Below are positions 63,499 through 64,000 of a stretch of DNA of 64,000 nt, piece after piece. The position numbers and the translations under genes were made by a program. Below the pieces are notes generated by a model that saw only the letters and a list, made by a program, of their open reading frames with translations, was not told where the DNA came from and made no database searches. Every line of letters begins with the position of its first letter. Positions within the stretch are counted from its first letter, which is position 1. This stretch comes from Candidatus Jordarchaeia archaeon (GTDB lineage Archaea; Asgardarchaeota; Jordiarchaeia; Jordiarchaeales; Jordiarchaeaceae), in assembly GCA_029856435.1 (NCBI GenBank), contig JAHQXB010000063.1:7609-71608 (forward strand), given 5' to 3'.

Positions 63499-64000
63499 TT
63501 AGGTTAGAGCTTTGGCTAGGGTTCCCGCTATTTCTACGACGGATATTGGCGAGGGGATAGTGGTTGTTCCAATGACGGTGTAGGCTCCGGCGGTGTATAT
63601 TTTTTTGAGGGCGTTGTCTACAAGGACGGGGTGGGTGCATGCGGCGACTATTTTTTTTGCGCCTTTCTTTTTGAGGGTTTCGATGGTTTTTGCTATGGTT
63701 CCTCCTGTGGAGATGATGTCGTCTATTATTACTATGTCTCTGTTTTTCACTTCTATTTCTCTGGTTGTTATTTCAACTTCTGTGGAGCTGAGTCTCTTTT
63801 TTTCGAGTACATCGTATTCTGTTCCTAGTTGTTCTGCGGCTAGTTTGGCCCATTGTTCGGCTTCTTCGTCTGGTCCTATGATTAGTGGTTTTTGTAGTGA
63901 TAGGTTTGCTCCTATGTAGCTTGCTATGTCTGGAATTGCTGTGAGGTTTTTTGCGGGGATTTTGAATATTTTTCTCATGTCGTCTACTCTGTGGAGGTGC
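63499..64000 (-). CDS. Second ribose-phosphate pyrophosphokinase paralogue (C-terminal part; the 5' end lies beyond the window end)
   Basis: The track ORF shows the PRPP loop IVIIDDIISTGGTI. The frame stays open upstream of the listed Met to the window edge (…HLHRVDDMRKIF…). Confidence 0.8.
   Translation of the reverse strand, partial: HLHRVDDMRKIFKIPAKNLTAIPDIASYIGANLSLQKPLIIGPDEEAEQWAKLAAEQLGTEYDVLEKKRLSSTEVEITTREIEVKNRDIVIIDDIISTGGTIAKTIETLKKKGAKKIVAACTHPVLVDNALKKIYTAGAYTVIGTTTIPSPISVVEIAGTLAKALT

Noticed and set aside
63058-63502. ORFs 63058-63282 (minus) and 63260-63502 (plus)
   Set aside because: They overlap the tRNA-Tyr gene and AT-rich spacer. Their composition is low-complexity and hydrophobic, with no motifs.

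Overview
This is a 64-kb, moderately AT-rich archaeal chromosomal segment, densely coding on both strands. No rRNA genes, CRISPR arrays or obvious prophage are present.

Lineage: the gene content points to an Asgard-type archaeon, although the lineage cannot be confirmed without a database search. The supporting genes are:
- a eukaryote-like ubiquitin module: the E1-E2-Ubl operon, a JAMM/MPN+ protease and three C4HC3 RING-type proteins;
- ESCRT-I/II homologues (Vps23-like UEV, Vps28, EAP30);
- a small Ras-superfamily GTPase, a Get3/ArsA ATPase and an AN1 zinc finger protein;
- the archaeal information-processing set: aIF1A, aIF2-beta, Rio1, Dim2-like KH protein, NMD3, DnaG, RNase Z, Trm11, MetRS, TyrRS and PheRS alpha/beta.

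Other content: a pstSCAB-phoU operon with a divergent AbrB-PhoU regulator, an APC permease, a 1000-aa sequon-rich surface protein, AhcY, PurA, two Prs paralogues, two radical SAM enzymes, MetAP and PPAT.

The most unusual signal is intron-like:
1. All three tRNA genes in the window carry 3-4 short introns each at canonical and non-canonical positions. These are Leu-GAG, Leu-UAG and Tyr-GUA, and most introns are 28-32 nt.
2. Several conserved protein-coding genes are interrupted at conserved motifs by short insertions of 13, 30, 30 and 31 nt that contain stop codons. The clear cases are tyrS, ahcY, a PflX-type radical SAM gene and a hypothetical gene.
3. Removing each insertion exactly restores the canonical protein spacing or reading frame.
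4. The E2 and get3/arsA genes show related in-frame-stop anomalies at their 5' ends.

I interpret these as candidate endonuclease-spliced (bulge-helix-bulge-like) introns in mRNAs. This is an inference that needs RNA-level data. Assembly artefact, pseudogenisation and translational bypass remain alternatives.

Three small repeat or MITE-like elements and some candidate regulatory repeats are also reported.
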